A DNA stretch of 64,000 nucleotides from Candidatus Multivoradales bacterium (GCA_965248925.1 CBDFLE010000006.1:4480001-4544000); one strand, 5' to 3'; counted from the stretch's first letter, positions 38,017-48,505 are shown. Notes: a model not told the origin generated them from the sequence alone. Program-made: numbers and translations.

Positions 38017-39051
38017 ATGCACTCCAGAATTCATCTTTGCGGTCTGGCACCACTGATGGCGCGGCTCAAGGTTCTACCCACGGTGCTAGTCACCGTGTTA
38101 CTGACCAGCGCGCTGCTGTTGCTTGGTGGCTGTAGCTCGTTGAAGAACGCGGCCATCGGCCAAGTGGCCAAGGCGCTGACCACAACCGGCGACCTATTTG
38201 CTTCAGACGACGATCCTCAGCTGGTGCGCGAGGCGACCCCTTTCGCCCTGAAGGTTTTCGAGGGCTTGATTCTGCAGCGACCGCAGGACGCTGACTTGCT
38301 ACTTGCCACTTGCCAGGCTTTCACCCAATACACTTTGGCTTTTATAGAGATCGATGCGCGCCAATACGAGTTTAGCGATTTCCGCCGCGCCCGCGCTCTG
38401 GGCCAGCGGGCGTTGCGTCTTCACCTGCGCGCCAAGGGCTATTGCAGTCGTGCTTTGGAGCTGACCTTCCCCGGCATTTTGCAACAGCTCCAGCAGCGGC
38501 CGGAGGAGGCGCTGGCGAACATAGGCGAGCAGCATATCCGGCTGCTCTTTTGGAGCGGAGCGTCGTGGGGTGCCTCGGTAGCGCGGGGCTTGGACCGCCC
38601 AGAGTTGCTGGCTGAAGTGCCGGTGGTGCGAGCTTTGGCGCTGCGCTCCTTGGAACTCGATCCTGAATATGAGCGCGGCTTGCTGCAAGAAGCGATGCTG
38701 GTGCTCGAGTCCATCGAATTGATGGGCGGCTCGCCCGAGAAGGCACGGCAGCATTTCGAGCGCGCTTTGGAGATCAGCGGCGGCCAGCGGGTCAGTCCCT
38801 ACGTGGCCTATGCCTCAGCTGTCTCGGTGCCGAGCCAGGAGCGCGCTGAGTTTGAGCGTTTGCTGCGCCAGGCTCTGGCCATCGACGCTTATGCACCGGG
38901 TCCGGATCGGCTCGCCAACTTGGTCAACCAGCGTTTGGCGCGGATCTTGCTTTCTCAGATTGATGATCTCTTCCTCGACGATCTTGGAGACGACTGGGAC
39001 GATTCGGAAGGGACCACCGAAGCCTCGGGCGATTCGCCCGAGAATCTATGA
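38017..39051 (+). CDS. TRAP transporter TatT (TPR lipoprotein) component
   Basis: Lipobox LGGC; DDDPQLVREATPFALK; GGSPEKARQHFERAL; upstream of dctP. Confidence 0.85.
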   Translation: MHSRIHLCGLAPLMARLKVLPTVLVTVLLTSALLLLGGCSSLKNAAIGQVAKALTTTGDLFASDDDPQLVREATPFALKVFEGLILQRPQDADLLLATCQAFTQYTLAFIEIDARQYEFSDFRRARALGQRALRLHLRAKGYCSRALELTFPGILQQLQQRPEEALANIGEQHIRLLFWSGASWGASVARGLDRPELLAEVPVVRALALRSLELDPEYERGLLQEAMLVLESIELMGGSPEKARQHFERALEISGGQRVSPYVAYASAVSVPSQERAEFERLLRQALAIDAYAPGPDRLANLVNQRLARILLSQIDDLFLDDLGDDWDDSEGTTEASGDSPENL

Positions 39052-39071
39052 AGTCAACGAGAGGAGGCCCG

Positions 39072-40109
39072 ATGAGCTCACCTCGATGGATCGATCGAAC
39101 GATTCTAACGACCTTTTTCTGCCTTCTGCCATCGCTGCTCACGGCACCGATGGCGGAGGCCAAGATGACCCTCAAGATGGCCACCCTGGTGCCCGCCGGC
39201 TCGGTGTGGGACAACGCCTTGCGCGAGATGGGAGCCGAGTGGCAGGAGGCTACCGAGGGCGAAGTAGTGATGCGACTTTACGGCGGTGGCCGGGCCGGTG
39301 ATGAGCCCGATGTGGTGCGCAAGATGCGCATCGGCCAGCTGCATGCCGGGGCGCTCACCGTCGGCGGTTTGAGCGAGATCGACAAGGGCTTCGAGATCTT
39401 CGAGATCCCGATGTTCTTCGAGTCTTATCCCGAGCTTTTCCATGTGCTCGACAAGTTGCGTCCCGAACTTGAGAAGCGGCTTGAGGCGAAGGGCTTCGTG
39501 CTCTTGCATTGGGGCCATGGTGGCTGGGTGCATTTCTTTTCCAAAGAGCCGGTGCGCACGGTCGATGATCTGCGGCGGCAGAAGCTGTTCGCCTGGGCCG
39601 GCAATGATGCGATGGTGCAACTCTGGCGGGCCAACGGTTTCAAACCAGTCGCCTTGGCGGCGACCGACATCATGACCGGCCTGCAAACCGGCATGATCGA
39701 GGCCCTGCCCACCACTCCGTTGGCGGCCTTGTCGTTGCAGTGGTACAGCCAGACCCCCTACATGCAGGACATCGGCTTGGCGCCGCTGGTTGGCGCGACG
39801 GTGGTGACTAAGAAGGCTTGGGACCGCATCTCGCCTGCGCATCAGAAGGAGATCCGGCGGGCGGCGCAACGCACCGAGCAGCTGCTAGCCCGACAGATTC
39901 CGCAACAAGATGCCAGTGCGGTCGAGCAGATGAAAGGCCGGGGTTTGAGCGTGGTCGAGGTCGACGACGCCACCGTCGCGATGTGGCGGGCGGCGGCGAA
40001 TGAGTTCACTCAGGTCAAGCGAGAGACGATGGAGGCCAAGGATCTGCTCGATCTGGCCCGACGTGAGCGCGACGCTTTCCGTGCCGCCCATGCGGAGGGG
40101 GACTCCTGA
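39072..40109 (+). CDS. dctP: TRAP substrate-binding protein DctP (TatP)
   Basis: LKMATLVPAGSVW; GDEPDVVRKMRIGQL; GLQTGMI. Confidence 0.9.
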   Translation: MSSPRWIDRTILTTFFCLLPSLLTAPMAEAKMTLKMATLVPAGSVWDNALREMGAEWQEATEGEVVMRLYGGGRAGDEPDVVRKMRIGQLHAGALTVGGLSEIDKGFEIFEIPMFFESYPELFHVLDKLRPELEKRLEAKGFVLLHWGHGGWVHFFSKEPVRTVDDLRRQKLFAWAGNDAMVQLWRANGFKPVALAATDIMTGLQTGMIEALPTTPLAALSLQWYSQTPYMQDIGLAPLVGATVVTKKAWDRISPAHQKEIRRAAQRTEQLLARQIPQQDASAVEQMKGRGLSVVEVDDATVAMWRAAANEFTQVKRETMEAKDLLDLARRERDAFRAAHAEGDS

Positions 40110-41923
40110 ACCAAGCCCTCGGTCGTCTGGGCCGGCTATTCGGTCGCTGCGAGGGTGGCCTGGCCAGCTTGGCACTGGCTTTGATGGCCTTGTTGCCGCT
40201 GGCTGAACTGCTCAGTCGGGCGCTGCTGGGTCACGGCTTGCCGGGCTCGGGACCGTTTGTCCAGCACCTCACGCTGTGGGTTGGATTCTTGGGCGCCGCG
40301 TTGGCTGCTGCCGAAGGCCGGCTATTGGAGTTGGCTACCGGCACCTTTTTGCCCGCCGGTCGGCCGCGGGAGATTGCCAAGGTGTTCTCTGCCACGGTCG
40401 GGGTGGCGGTGTCGGCCTTGCTCTGCCGCGCGTCCCTCGACTTGGTGCTGATCGAGCGCCAGGCTGGCACCGAGGTGGCTGGGTTGCCGACTTGGGTGGC
40501 ACAGGTGGTGCTGCCGATCTCGTTTGCGGCGATTGCCCTGCGCCTGCTGTGGCGGGCCGGCGACAGCGCCTGGCCTCGGTTGCTGGCGGCGGCAGGGCTG
40601 GCGATTGGTATCTGGATCGGCCAAGTGCCTTATTTGCTCGAGTTCCGTCCGGCGTGGCCAGCGCTGCTGGTGATCGTCTTGGCTACTTTGCTCGGCGGGC
40701 CGATCTTCGTCGCTCTCGGCGGTGCGGCGATCTTCCTCTTCATGGCCGATGGAGTGCCGATTGCCGCGGTGCCGGCGGAGACCTACCGGTTGGCGGTTTC
40801 GCCCACTCTGGCGGCCATCCCGCTGTTTACTCTGACCGGCTTTTTGCTCGCCGAAGGCAAGGCATCTGAGCGCTTGGTTGGTGTTTTCCGCGCCTTGGTG
40901 GGCTGGATTCCGGGCGGCACGGCAGTGGTGGCGGCGGTGGTCTGTGCGTTCTTTACCGTTTTCACCGGTGGCTCCGGAGTGACCATCCTGGCGCTTGGTG
41001 GCCTGCTCTTCCAGGCCTTGCAGGCGGATGGTTATCGTGAGCGGTTCTCGCTCGGACTGCTCACCGCCAGCGGCTCTTTGGGGTTGTTGTTGCCGCCGGC
41101 TCTGCCGCTGATTCTCTATGGCATTGTTGCCCAGGTGCCGATTCGAGATTTATTCTTGGGTGGCCTTTTTCCAGGGCTGATCTTGGTCGGCTTGGTGGCC
41201 GCTTGGGGAGTCCGGGAGGGTCTGCGCACCTCCGCGAGCCGAACTAGATTCAATGGTCGGGAGGCTTTGGCGGCAATCTGGCGGGGCAAGTGGGAACTGA
41301 TGTTGCCGGTGTTCCTGCTGGTGGCAATCTTCAGCGGTCTCGCCACCCTGGTGGAAGCGGCCGCCTTGTCTGCGTTCTATGCCTTCGTGGTACAGGTTTT
41401 CATCCATCGTGACTTGCACCTGATCCGTGACCTGCCGGGGGTGCTGCGGCGCTGCGCCGTCTTGGTCGGTGGTGTGCTGGTGATTCTCGGCGTGGCGATG
41501 GGTTTGACCAGTTATTTGGTGGATGCGGATGTCCCCACCGTGGTGCTCGATTGGATGCAGAGTCATGTGTCCTCGCCGCTGGTGTTCTTGCTGATCCTCA
41601 ACGTCTTCTTGCTGTTGGTGGGTTGCTTGATGGACATCTTCTCGGCGACGGTGGTGGTGGTGCCGCTAATTGTTCCCCTGGGGGCGGCGTTCGGCATCGA
41701 TCCGATCCATTTGGGAATCATCTTCGTCGCCAATCTGGAACTTGGCTATTTGACTCCGCCGGTGGGGCTCAACCTGTTCTTGGCTTCCTACCGCTTTGAG
41801 CGTCCGCTGCTGACGATTTACCGGGCGGCGGTGCCAATGTTGGTGATTCTCGGCCTCGGTGTTTTGTTGATTACTTACGTGCCGGTACTGACCACCGGTA
41901 TCTTCAGCTTGCTCGGCCGCTGA
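40106..41923 (+). CDS. Fused TRAP permease DctQ-DctM (start uncertain: CTG 40106 or TTG 40169)
   Basis: AIPLF; SGSLGLLLPP; TPPVGLNLF; N-terminal 4-TM DctQ-like part. Confidence 0.9.
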   Translation: MNQALGRLGRLFGRCEGGLASLALALMALLPLAELLSRALLGHGLPGSGPFVQHLTLWVGFLGAALAAAEGRLLELATGTFLPAGRPREIAKVFSATVGVAVSALLCRASLDLVLIERQAGTEVAGLPTWVAQVVLPISFAAIALRLLWRAGDSAWPRLLAAAGLAIGIWIGQVPYLLEFRPAWPALLVIVLATLLGGPIFVALGGAAIFLFMADGVPIAAVPAETYRLAVSPTLAAIPLFTLTGFLLAEGKASERLVGVFRALVGWIPGGTAVVAAVVCAFFTVFTGGSGVTILALGGLLFQALQADGYRERFSLGLLTASGSLGLLLPPALPLILYGIVAQVPIRDLFLGGLFPGLILVGLVAAWGVREGLRTSASRTRFNGREALAAIWRGKWELMLPVFLLVAIFSGLATLVEAAALSAFYAFVVQVFIHRDLHLIRDLPGVLRRCAVLVGGVLVILGVAMGLTSYLVDADVPTVVLDWMQSHVSSPLVFLLILNVFLLLVGCLMDIFSATVVVVPLIVPLGAAFGIDPIHLGIIFVANLELGYLTPPVGLNLFLASYRFERPLLTIYRAAVPMLVILGLGVLLITYVPVLTTGIFSLLGR

Positions 41924-41926
41924 CCG

Positions 41927-42652
41927 ATGAGCGCCGCCCCGGGCTGCTCCGACCTTCGCCTAGCGCCGCTTGAGCGGGCGCGGTTGATGCTGATGGTCAG
42001 CCTGGTGCTGACCGCATTGCTCTATGCGATCCCCTGGGGCCGCTTCCTGGCCTATCCACCGATGTTGATCTCCACCTTGGCGCACGAGATGGGTCACGGC
42101 GTGGCCGCACTGTTGGTGGGGGGCAGCTTTCACCGCTTCGAGATGTGGTCCGATGGCTCGGGGGTGGCGGTGTGGAGTGGGGAGTTCGGACGCCTGGGCC
42201 GCGCCTTGGTGGCTGCGGGCGGTTTGGTGGGACCGGCGCTGGTGGCTGCGGTGGCGTTTGCTGCCGGGCGTCGGGAACGGGTGGCGCGGAGCTGTTTGGT
42301 GGTGTTTATCGCCGTCTTGGTGTTGGCCTTGCTGCTGGTGGTGCGCAATCCCTTCGGCTTGGCCTTTGTCAGCTTGCTGGTGTTGGTCGGTGGGTTGGTG
42401 GTGCTGCGTGGTGGTGGCGAGCTGGCGCAGCTGCTGCTGGTGTTTCTGGCCGTGCAGCTGGCTCTGTCGGTGTTCTCCCGCGGCGACTATCTATTCACCC
42501 CAGTGGCGGTGACCGCTGCTGGCACCCTGCCGAGCGATGTGGGTCAGATCGCCGCCGCCTTATGGTTGCCCTTTTGGTTTTGGGGTGGCTTGTGTGGAGC
42601 CGTCTCGGTGGCGGTGTTGGCGTTTGGATTGTGGATTTTTTGGCGACGTTGA
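41927..42652 (+). CDS. M50B-like membrane metallopeptidase
   Basis: HEMGH; AAGGLVGP; SD in the C-terminal region. Confidence 0.85.
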   Translation: MSAAPGCSDLRLAPLERARLMLMVSLVLTALLYAIPWGRFLAYPPMLISTLAHEMGHGVAALLVGGSFHRFEMWSDGSGVAVWSGEFGRLGRALVAAGGLVGPALVAAVAFAAGRRERVARSCLVVFIAVLVLALLLVVRNPFGLAFVSLLVLVGGLVVLRGGGELAQLLLVFLAVQLALSVFSRGDYLFTPVAVTAAGTLPSDVGQIAAALWLPFWFWGGLCGAVSVAVLAFGLWIFWRR

Positions 42653-42663
42653 GGTGGCGCACG

Positions 42664-45009
42664 ATGGCTAAGAGGATTTCGAAGATCTTCGTCCTTCTGC
42701 TGCTCTCGCTGCTGCTGGCGGCGGTGGTGGCGCTGCTGTGGCTGCGCTCCAGCGGCCTACCGGCACGGGATGGCGAGCATGTTTTGGCCGCTATCGATGC
42801 CTCGGTGACAGTGCGCTGGGACCGTTGGGGGGTGCCGGCGGTCGTCGCGGCGAGCGAGAGTGATCTGATCGCTGCTCAGGGCTGGCTGCACGCCAATGAT
42901 CGCCTGACCCAGATGGAGATTGGCCGGCGGGCGGCAGCCGGTCGCCTGGCGGAACTCTTTGGCGAGGCGGCTCTCGACACCGACATCTACTTTCGTACTC
43001 TGCGCATCGAGCAGGCCATCGACGCCATGGAGGCACAGCTGTCAGCGCGTTCGCGGCGCTGGTTGGAGGCTTACGCCCGCGGGGTCAATGCTTGGTTGGC
43101 AGAGCGCGGCAGCGATCTACCGCCCGGCCTGCGCTTGCTCGGCGTTGATCCGGAGCCATGGCAGATTCGCGACAGCCTGGCCTTCGTTTTGCTGATGGCT
43201 CGCGATTTGTCGTTTTGGAATGGGCGGCCGGAGGAGGAGCGCTTTCGCTGGCTTCGGGCTTTGGGTGCCGGCACGGTGCGGGAGCTGCTCGCCGATCCAC
43301 ACCTTCATGTACCGCCAGAGATCGCCGCTCTGGCTGCCGATCCGGCTTTCGAGCCCGCTGCCGCGGCAGACCTGGGGGTCGGCGGACCACTGGCTTCGCC
43401 GGGTAGTAACAACTGGGCAGTGGGGCCGAGCCGTAGTGCTCAGGGCCATGCCATGCTGGCCAACGATCCTCACCTAGGACTCAATCTGCCAGCTATCTGG
43501 TACCAGGTGATGCTGCGTTCGCCGGGCTACGAAGCCGCTGGCATGTCTCTGCCCGGAGCCCCCGGAGTGGTGATCGGCCGCGGTCCGCACGTCGCTTGGG
43601 CTTTGACCAACGTGATGTTGGACGACCACGATGTGTTTTTCGAGCAGCTCGACGAAAGCGGCGAACGCTACTTGCGCGGTGAGCGGTGGCTGCCGATCGA
43701 GTTCCGCCAAGAGACGATTGTTCTGCGCGGTGGCGAAGAGCGGCTGGTCGAATTCCGCGCGACCGATATCGGGCCCCTGCTGGCGGCCGACAGCGAACTC
43801 GGCCTGCCGCCTCGCAGCCTGGCTTGGACGGCTTACTACGGCGGCGATCCCTTCGCTACCTTTGGCGGTTTGGCAGCAGCTCGGACGGTGGCTGAGGTGC
43901 GAGCCGCGGTCGCGAGCTACTTCTGTCCGGCGCAGAATCTGGTGGTGGCATTCGACTCTGGAGAGCTTTTCTACACGGTGATCGGTCGAGTGCCGGCGCG
44001 GCGCCGGGGTGACGGTCGGCTGCCGTCGCCGGGTTGGTTGCAGGAGTATGGCTGGGATGGCTTGCGCTCCCCTGACTCCAATCCCTGGCTGAGCGCCCCG
44101 GCGGAAGATTTTTTAGCTACCGCCAACAGCGACATCCGTCCCGCCGGCTACGAGCTGCCGCTGACGGCCGATTTCTATCAGCCGTTTCGCCATCGTCGAA
44201 TCGCTGATCGGCTCAGCGAACGTCGCGATTGGAGCGTCGCCAATTTCGCCGAATTACAGGGTGATGTGGTGTCTCTCTATGCCGATCGCTTGATCGCCAC
44301 TCTCGACGACGACTATCCAGACGATGCTGGCCTGGCGGCGGCGGAACTTCGCAACTGGGATCGCGCTCATCGGCAGCAGGGAACAGCAGCGCTGTTCGCC
44401 CTTTTCGAGCGCTCCTTGCGGCAAGCGATTTTTGTCGATGAGGCCGAGGCTGCTGGTTTGCGGCGGGTCGACGACAGCTCCACCACCGTGCGTCTGCTCG
44501 AGGGCAAGATGGTCGAGCTGTGGTTCGACGATGTCACCACCGTTGCCGTCGAAGAGCGCCGGCAAGTGGTCGCGGCTTCCTTGGCAGAGGCCTGGCTCCA
44601 GGGCGTCGAGCGTTGGGGTGGTGAGGTCGCTCAGTGGGACTACGGCTCTATCCACCAGCTCACCCTGACCCATCCTCTCGATCCGCTGCCCTTGTTTGGA
44701 CGTTGGGCCCGGCGCGGTCCCTTCGAGCTGCCCGGAACCGGCGCCGCGATCAACGCTTTCGCCGGTCCCTGGCGCGGAGATATTCAGCAGATTGGCCATG
44801 GGCCGTCGATGCGCTGGATAGTCGATTGGAGCCAACCCGAGAAGGTGTTCGCCGGCCTGCCCGGCGGTCAGTCAGGGCATCCGGCCGATGTCCACTACAG
44901 CGATCGCTTGCAACCCTATTTGGCAGGTGAGCTACAAGAGTTTGGCTGGTCGGAAGCCGAGATCGAGGCGCGGACAACCGGCAGGCTGAAGTTGGTTCCG
45001 GGGCCTTGA
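42664..45009 (+). CDS. Penicillin acylase family (Ntn hydrolase)
   Basis: DRWGVP; HANDRL.QM; GSNNWAV nucleophile; NDPHL; GGQSGHP...HY.D. Confidence 0.93.
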   Translation: MAKRISKIFVLLLLSLLLAAVVALLWLRSSGLPARDGEHVLAAIDASVTVRWDRWGVPAVVAASESDLIAAQGWLHANDRLTQMEIGRRAAAGRLAELFGEAALDTDIYFRTLRIEQAIDAMEAQLSARSRRWLEAYARGVNAWLAERGSDLPPGLRLLGVDPEPWQIRDSLAFVLLMARDLSFWNGRPEEERFRWLRALGAGTVRELLADPHLHVPPEIAALAADPAFEPAAAADLGVGGPLASPGSNNWAVGPSRSAQGHAMLANDPHLGLNLPAIWYQVMLRSPGYEAAGMSLPGAPGVVIGRGPHVAWALTNVMLDDHDVFFEQLDESGERYLRGERWLPIEFRQETIVLRGGEERLVEFRATDIGPLLAADSELGLPPRSLAWTAYYGGDPFATFGGLAAARTVAEVRAAVASYFCPAQNLVVAFDSGELFYTVIGRVPARRRGDGRLPSPGWLQEYGWDGLRSPDSNPWLSAPAEDFLATANSDIRPAGYELPLTADFYQPFRHRRIADRLSERRDWSVANFAELQGDVVSLYADRLIATLDDDYPDDAGLAAAELRNWDRAHRQQGTAALFALFERSLRQAIFVDEAEAAGLRRVDDSSTTVRLLEGKMVELWFDDVTTVAVEERRQVVAASLAEAWLQGVERWGGEVAQWDYGSIHQLTLTHPLDPLPLFGRWARRGPFELPGTGAAINAFAGPWRGDIQQIGHGPSMRWIVDWSQPEKVFAGLPGGQSGHPADVHYSDRLQPYLAGELQEFGWSEAEIEARTTGRLKLVPGP

Positions 45010-45131
45010 AGATTGCCTTGTATCAGCCGCCTTTCCTGCCCAGCAAGGTGGTCGGTCTTGCATTCAGCGGGTGGCCGGCGTAGCCTCTCGTCTCGCCGCC
45101 AACTCGTCCCTAGTCGCCAGGAGTCGTCCGC

Positions 45132-46460
45132 ATGAGCCAGGCCTCGATCCACCCCGTTGCCGCACTGCTGAATCGTCAACTGGAGCAAGAGTCTCCAGAG
45201 ATTCTTGCCGCGTTGTCGGCCTTGGGCCGCGGCGCGGTTTTTCCGCCTGACATCCCGGTCCAGGCTGCTGAAGCTCGCGACACGGAGTTCAACGGTACCA
45301 TCGGCGTCTTCACCGACGGCCAAGGGGGAGCGGTGCCGCTGCCGGCCATTGCCGAGGGGCTGGCCTTGGAGCCGGCGCTGCGTGACCGGGCGCTGCTCTA
45401 CTCACCGGTCGGTGGCCTGCCGGATCTGCGCCAGAGCTGGCGCCAATGGCAGCGGCGGGGAGTGGCGGAGGCGCCGCCCTCGAGTTTGCCGCTGGTCACC
45501 GCCGGGTTGACCCACGGACTTTCGCTGGTTGCGGACCTCTTTGGTGGCGCGGGTCGGCGGGTGGTGATTCCGGGCCCGTTCTGGGGCAACTACCGGCAGA
45601 CCTTCACTTTGCGCACCGGTGCCGAGGTGGTTACCGAGCCCTGGATTGTCGATGGGCGCTTTCGGCCGCGACTGGTCGCGGCATGTCTACAGGACATGCC
45701 GGCGGCAGAACCGGCAGTGGTGCTGCTTAATTTTCCGTCCAATCCCGGCGGCTACTCGCCCACTGTGGCTGAGCGGGCCGAGCTGCGCGACGGCCTGCTG
45801 GAAATCGCCGAAGCTCGCCCTTTGGTGGTGCTGTGCGACGATGCATATGCTGGCGTCGTCTACGACTCGGAGATTCCCGCTGAGTCGATGTTTTGGCAGC
45901 TCTCCGGCGCTCATCGCCGGTTGCTGGCGGTGAAGGTGGATGGCGCCACCAAGGAACTCGCGTTCTTCGGCGGCCGGGTGGGCTTTCTGACTTTTGGCGT
46001 TGAGCATGGATCGAAGACTGAAGCGGCATTGGAAAGCAAGGTGATGGGCTTGCTGCGGGCTACCATCGGCTCGCCGGTGGCGGTCAGTCAGGTGCTGCTG
46101 CTGAAGGCCCTTCAGAGTGGCGAGGTGGAGCGGCAGATGGCTGATATTCACCGCATCGCCCACCGTCGCTATGCTGCCCTCCAGCCGTTGCTGGCTGACC
46201 TAGATCCCGCCTTACTGCGGCCACTGCCATTCAATTCCGGCTACTTTGTGCTCTTCGAGCTACCGGCTGGAGTCGACGCGGACGAGGTGCGCAAGCACTT
46301 GATCGAGAAATACTCGACCGGTGTGGTGTCGATCACCGAGCGCTATATTCGGCTGGCGATCTGCTCGGTGCGGGCTGACGATTTGGCCGAGATGGTGCGG
46401 CGGATCGAAAACGGCGTCCGCCAGCTTGTTGCAGGTACCACGGTCGATGGTGCAGCCTGA
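45132..46460 (+). CDS. Class I/II PLP-dependent aminotransferase
   Basis: NFPSNPGGYSP; DDAY; DGATKE...GGRVGF. Confidence 0.88.
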   Translation: MSQASIHPVAALLNRQLEQESPEILAALSALGRGAVFPPDIPVQAAEARDTEFNGTIGVFTDGQGGAVPLPAIAEGLALEPALRDRALLYSPVGGLPDLRQSWRQWQRRGVAEAPPSSLPLVTAGLTHGLSLVADLFGGAGRRVVIPGPFWGNYRQTFTLRTGAEVVTEPWIVDGRFRPRLVAACLQDMPAAEPAVVLLNFPSNPGGYSPTVAERAELRDGLLEIAEARPLVVLCDDAYAGVVYDSEIPAESMFWQLSGAHRRLLAVKVDGATKELAFFGGRVGFLTFGVEHGSKTEAALESKVMGLLRATIGSPVAVSQVLLLKALQSGEVERQMADIHRIAHRRYAALQPLLADLDPALLRPLPFNSGYFVLFELPAGVDADEVRKHLIEKYSTGVVSITERYIRLAICSVRADDLAEMVRRIENGVRQLVAGTTVDGAA

Positions 46461-46492
46461 TAGAGGTCATAAGAGTGGGGCTCTTGCTCTTC

Positions 46493-47206
46493 CTAAGACA
46501 TTGGGATGTGGGCCAGCCCGGTAGTCATCTCGGTCAAAGTCTGCAACTCGTCGGCAATCGCTAGTGAGTTGCGCATCGCCGCGGCGACCAATTCTTGCTT
46601 CTCTGGGGTGTCGGCGAGTTGCTCGAGCAAGCTGCGGCCGCGGCGGTGGTGGTGTATCTCTTCGGGCTGAATCACCTTCTCGTAAAGCCTGGCGGTTTCC
46701 TTGTCGCCGACGGAGAGGCAGAACTTGATGAATTGATCGTTGCGTACCTCGGCCACCGCCTCACAGGCGAAAGGGCCGGCGGCGATCCGCTCCAAAGTGG
46801 TGTTCAGGCCTCGCAGGTATTGCTGCAGGGGGCTGGTGTCTGCCTTGGCGGCGTCGTAGTCGGACATGTCCTCGCCGAGCTGCTCCAACCGCTTCCAGAT
46901 CAGTTGGAAATGGCGAATCTCGTCGGAACATTGCTCGGCCAGAACCGACTTGGCATCAATTTCCGGGGTGGTCGGAAGCCAATAGGCGGCGATCTCGCTG
47001 GCGTCGAGTTCAGTCTTCAGCGCCAGTTTGAGGAGATTTACGACATCTACTTGGCCGCCGGACTCGGCCTCCAGTGTTTCCTTCTCACCCAGGCGGGCAA
47101 ATAGTGCTTGCATCTCGTCTACTAGGCCGGCGACGAAAGTTTCGGCGTCCACTGGAGTTCCCCATTCAAGTCGGTCTTCTAGGGTCAGAGTAGGTTTGAA
47201 GGGCAT
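46493..47206 (-). CDS. Ferritin-like diiron protein
   Basis: Paired DEIRH and EEIHH motifs. Confidence 0.75.
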   Translation of the reverse strand: MPFKPTLTLEDRLEWGTPVDAETFVAGLVDEMQALFARLGEKETLEAESGGQVDVVNLLKLALKTELDASEIAAYWLPTTPEIDAKSVLAEQCSDEIRHFQLIWKRLEQLGEDMSDYDAAKADTSPLQQYLRGLNTTLERIAAGPFACEAVAEVRNDQFIKFCLSVGDKETARLYEKVIQPEEIHHHRRGRSLLEQLADTPEKQELVAAAMRNSLAIADELQTLTEMTTGLAHIPMS

Positions 47207-47310
47207 TCTAACCGCGATTTTCCCGCTGCTGAAGCCGATGTTCGAATAGCAGGGCTGCTATGCTCGGCATCGTCGGCGGTGATACTCGTCCGGCGGCGGT
47301 CTTCCGTGCA

Positions 47311-48282
47311 ATGTCAGATCCACTATCAAATCCTCGCCAACCCACAGCCTTGCCGGCTGCTTGGGTCGTAGCTTGGGCGGCGGTGGCGCTGCTGCTGCCA
47401 TTGCCTGTGGTTGGCCAGCCCGCCATGGCGCCGGCAGTGGTGGGCGCAGATTTGGCGGCACCGACCCGTCTGCATACCGAGCCGGATTTTTTTCTTCACT
47501 TCACGCTGCGCGGTGACGGAGTCACGGTGCGTTACACGCCGGGCTCCTTGGACCGCTCGGCCAATCTACAGTTCCGGCTCGAGCTGGCCGTTCGCTTGTT
47601 CGAGAAGTGGACCGATCAGCCGATACGGCTAACTACCCATGTGTTGAGCCGCGAAGAGTGGCTGCAATCCCGCTATCGGGTGCCCTTTGGGGTGCCGGTT
47701 CGTGCCTCCACCCATGCCCTGGTGGCGCCATCGGCGGGCGACGAGGACACCGTCGTCCTGTGGCGGGGGTTGCTCCAGGGCAAGTTGCCAGCAGTGCTCG
47801 GAGTGCCCATGCTGGGCACCCCGGAGGAGGTGGCGACGATGATTCTGGCCGATCGCGTCGTCCAACTCCAAGCCGCCGAGGTGTTAGTGGACGTCCACGG
47901 TCTGGCCGGCGATCATCACTGGGTGCGAGGGGTCATGGCCCACCTGGTGGACCTCAGCTTGTTGCGCCGCATGGAGCCCAGAAGGGAAGGTGATGTCGAC
48001 CTCATGTACTCCTTGTTGGGCGAGCTTCACGGTGCCCGCGAACTTGCCGCCGACGACTATAACCCCGACCTGCCGCTCGCCGAGTGGCTGTGGTTTCAGG
48101 CCCAGTTTCACGCCGGGGCGAAGGCCATCCTCGACAAGGAAGGTAAGGGGTCGGTGAAAGCCATGCTGAAGCTCTCGCGGCGCGGAAGACTGCACGCCGA
48201 GCATCTGCGCAAGCGCTACAAATCGCTCGACCTGTGGCACCGAGAAACGTTCACCGCGGTCTCCTTGCGTCCTCCCCGCTGA
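47311..48282 (+). CDS. Hypothetical exported protein
   Basis: Long ORF with hydrophobic N-terminus; start uncertain. Confidence 0.6.
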   Translation: MSDPLSNPRQPTALPAAWVVAWAAVALLLPLPVVGQPAMAPAVVGADLAAPTRLHTEPDFFLHFTLRGDGVTVRYTPGSLDRSANLQFRLELAVRLFEKWTDQPIRLTTHVLSREEWLQSRYRVPFGVPVRASTHALVAPSAGDEDTVVLWRGLLQGKLPAVLGVPMLGTPEEVATMILADRVVQLQAAEVLVDVHGLAGDHHWVRGVMAHLVDLSLLRRMEPRREGDVDLMYSLLGELHGARELAADDYNPDLPLAEWLWFQAQFHAGAKAILDKEGKGSVKAMLKLSRRGRLHAEHLRKRYKSLDLWHRETFTAVSLRPPR

Positions 48283-48348
48283 TTGAGCATCTCTAGCTAA
48301 GCCCTTACCGCCGTGCCCTCTAGGGCTCCATGGCCAGGGCTCGGAGTG

Positions 48349-48375
48349 TTAGCGCTCTCTGCCGAGGAGTGCTAG
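48349..48375. promoter_or_regulatory. CIRCE operator 1 (HrcA)
   Basis: TTAGCGCTC-N9-GAGTGCTAG. Confidence 0.85.
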
Positions 48376-48383
48376 AATCGCCC

Positions 48384-48412
48384 TTGACATTGGCGCCTTT
48401 CCCGATTAGATT
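48384..48412 (+). promoter_or_regulatory. Sigma70 promoter of groESL
   Basis: TTGACA-17 nt-TAGATT. Confidence 0.8.
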
Positions 48413-48413
48413 C

Positions 48414-48440
48414 TTGGCACTCGTCACTGGCGAGTGCTAG
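48414..48440. promoter_or_regulatory. CIRCE operator 2 (HrcA)
   Basis: TTGGCACTC-N9-GAGTGCTAG. Confidence 0.88.
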
Positions 48441-48505
48441 CAGAACCCAATACCGAACAGCTTCGAATAGAGCCTGTACAACCTTTTCCATTAGGAGGAG
48501 ATCCC

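Noticed and set aside
42145-42663. N-terminal extension of the acylase ORF
   Set aside because: It overlaps the M50B gene. The real start is the ATG at 42664 after GAGG.
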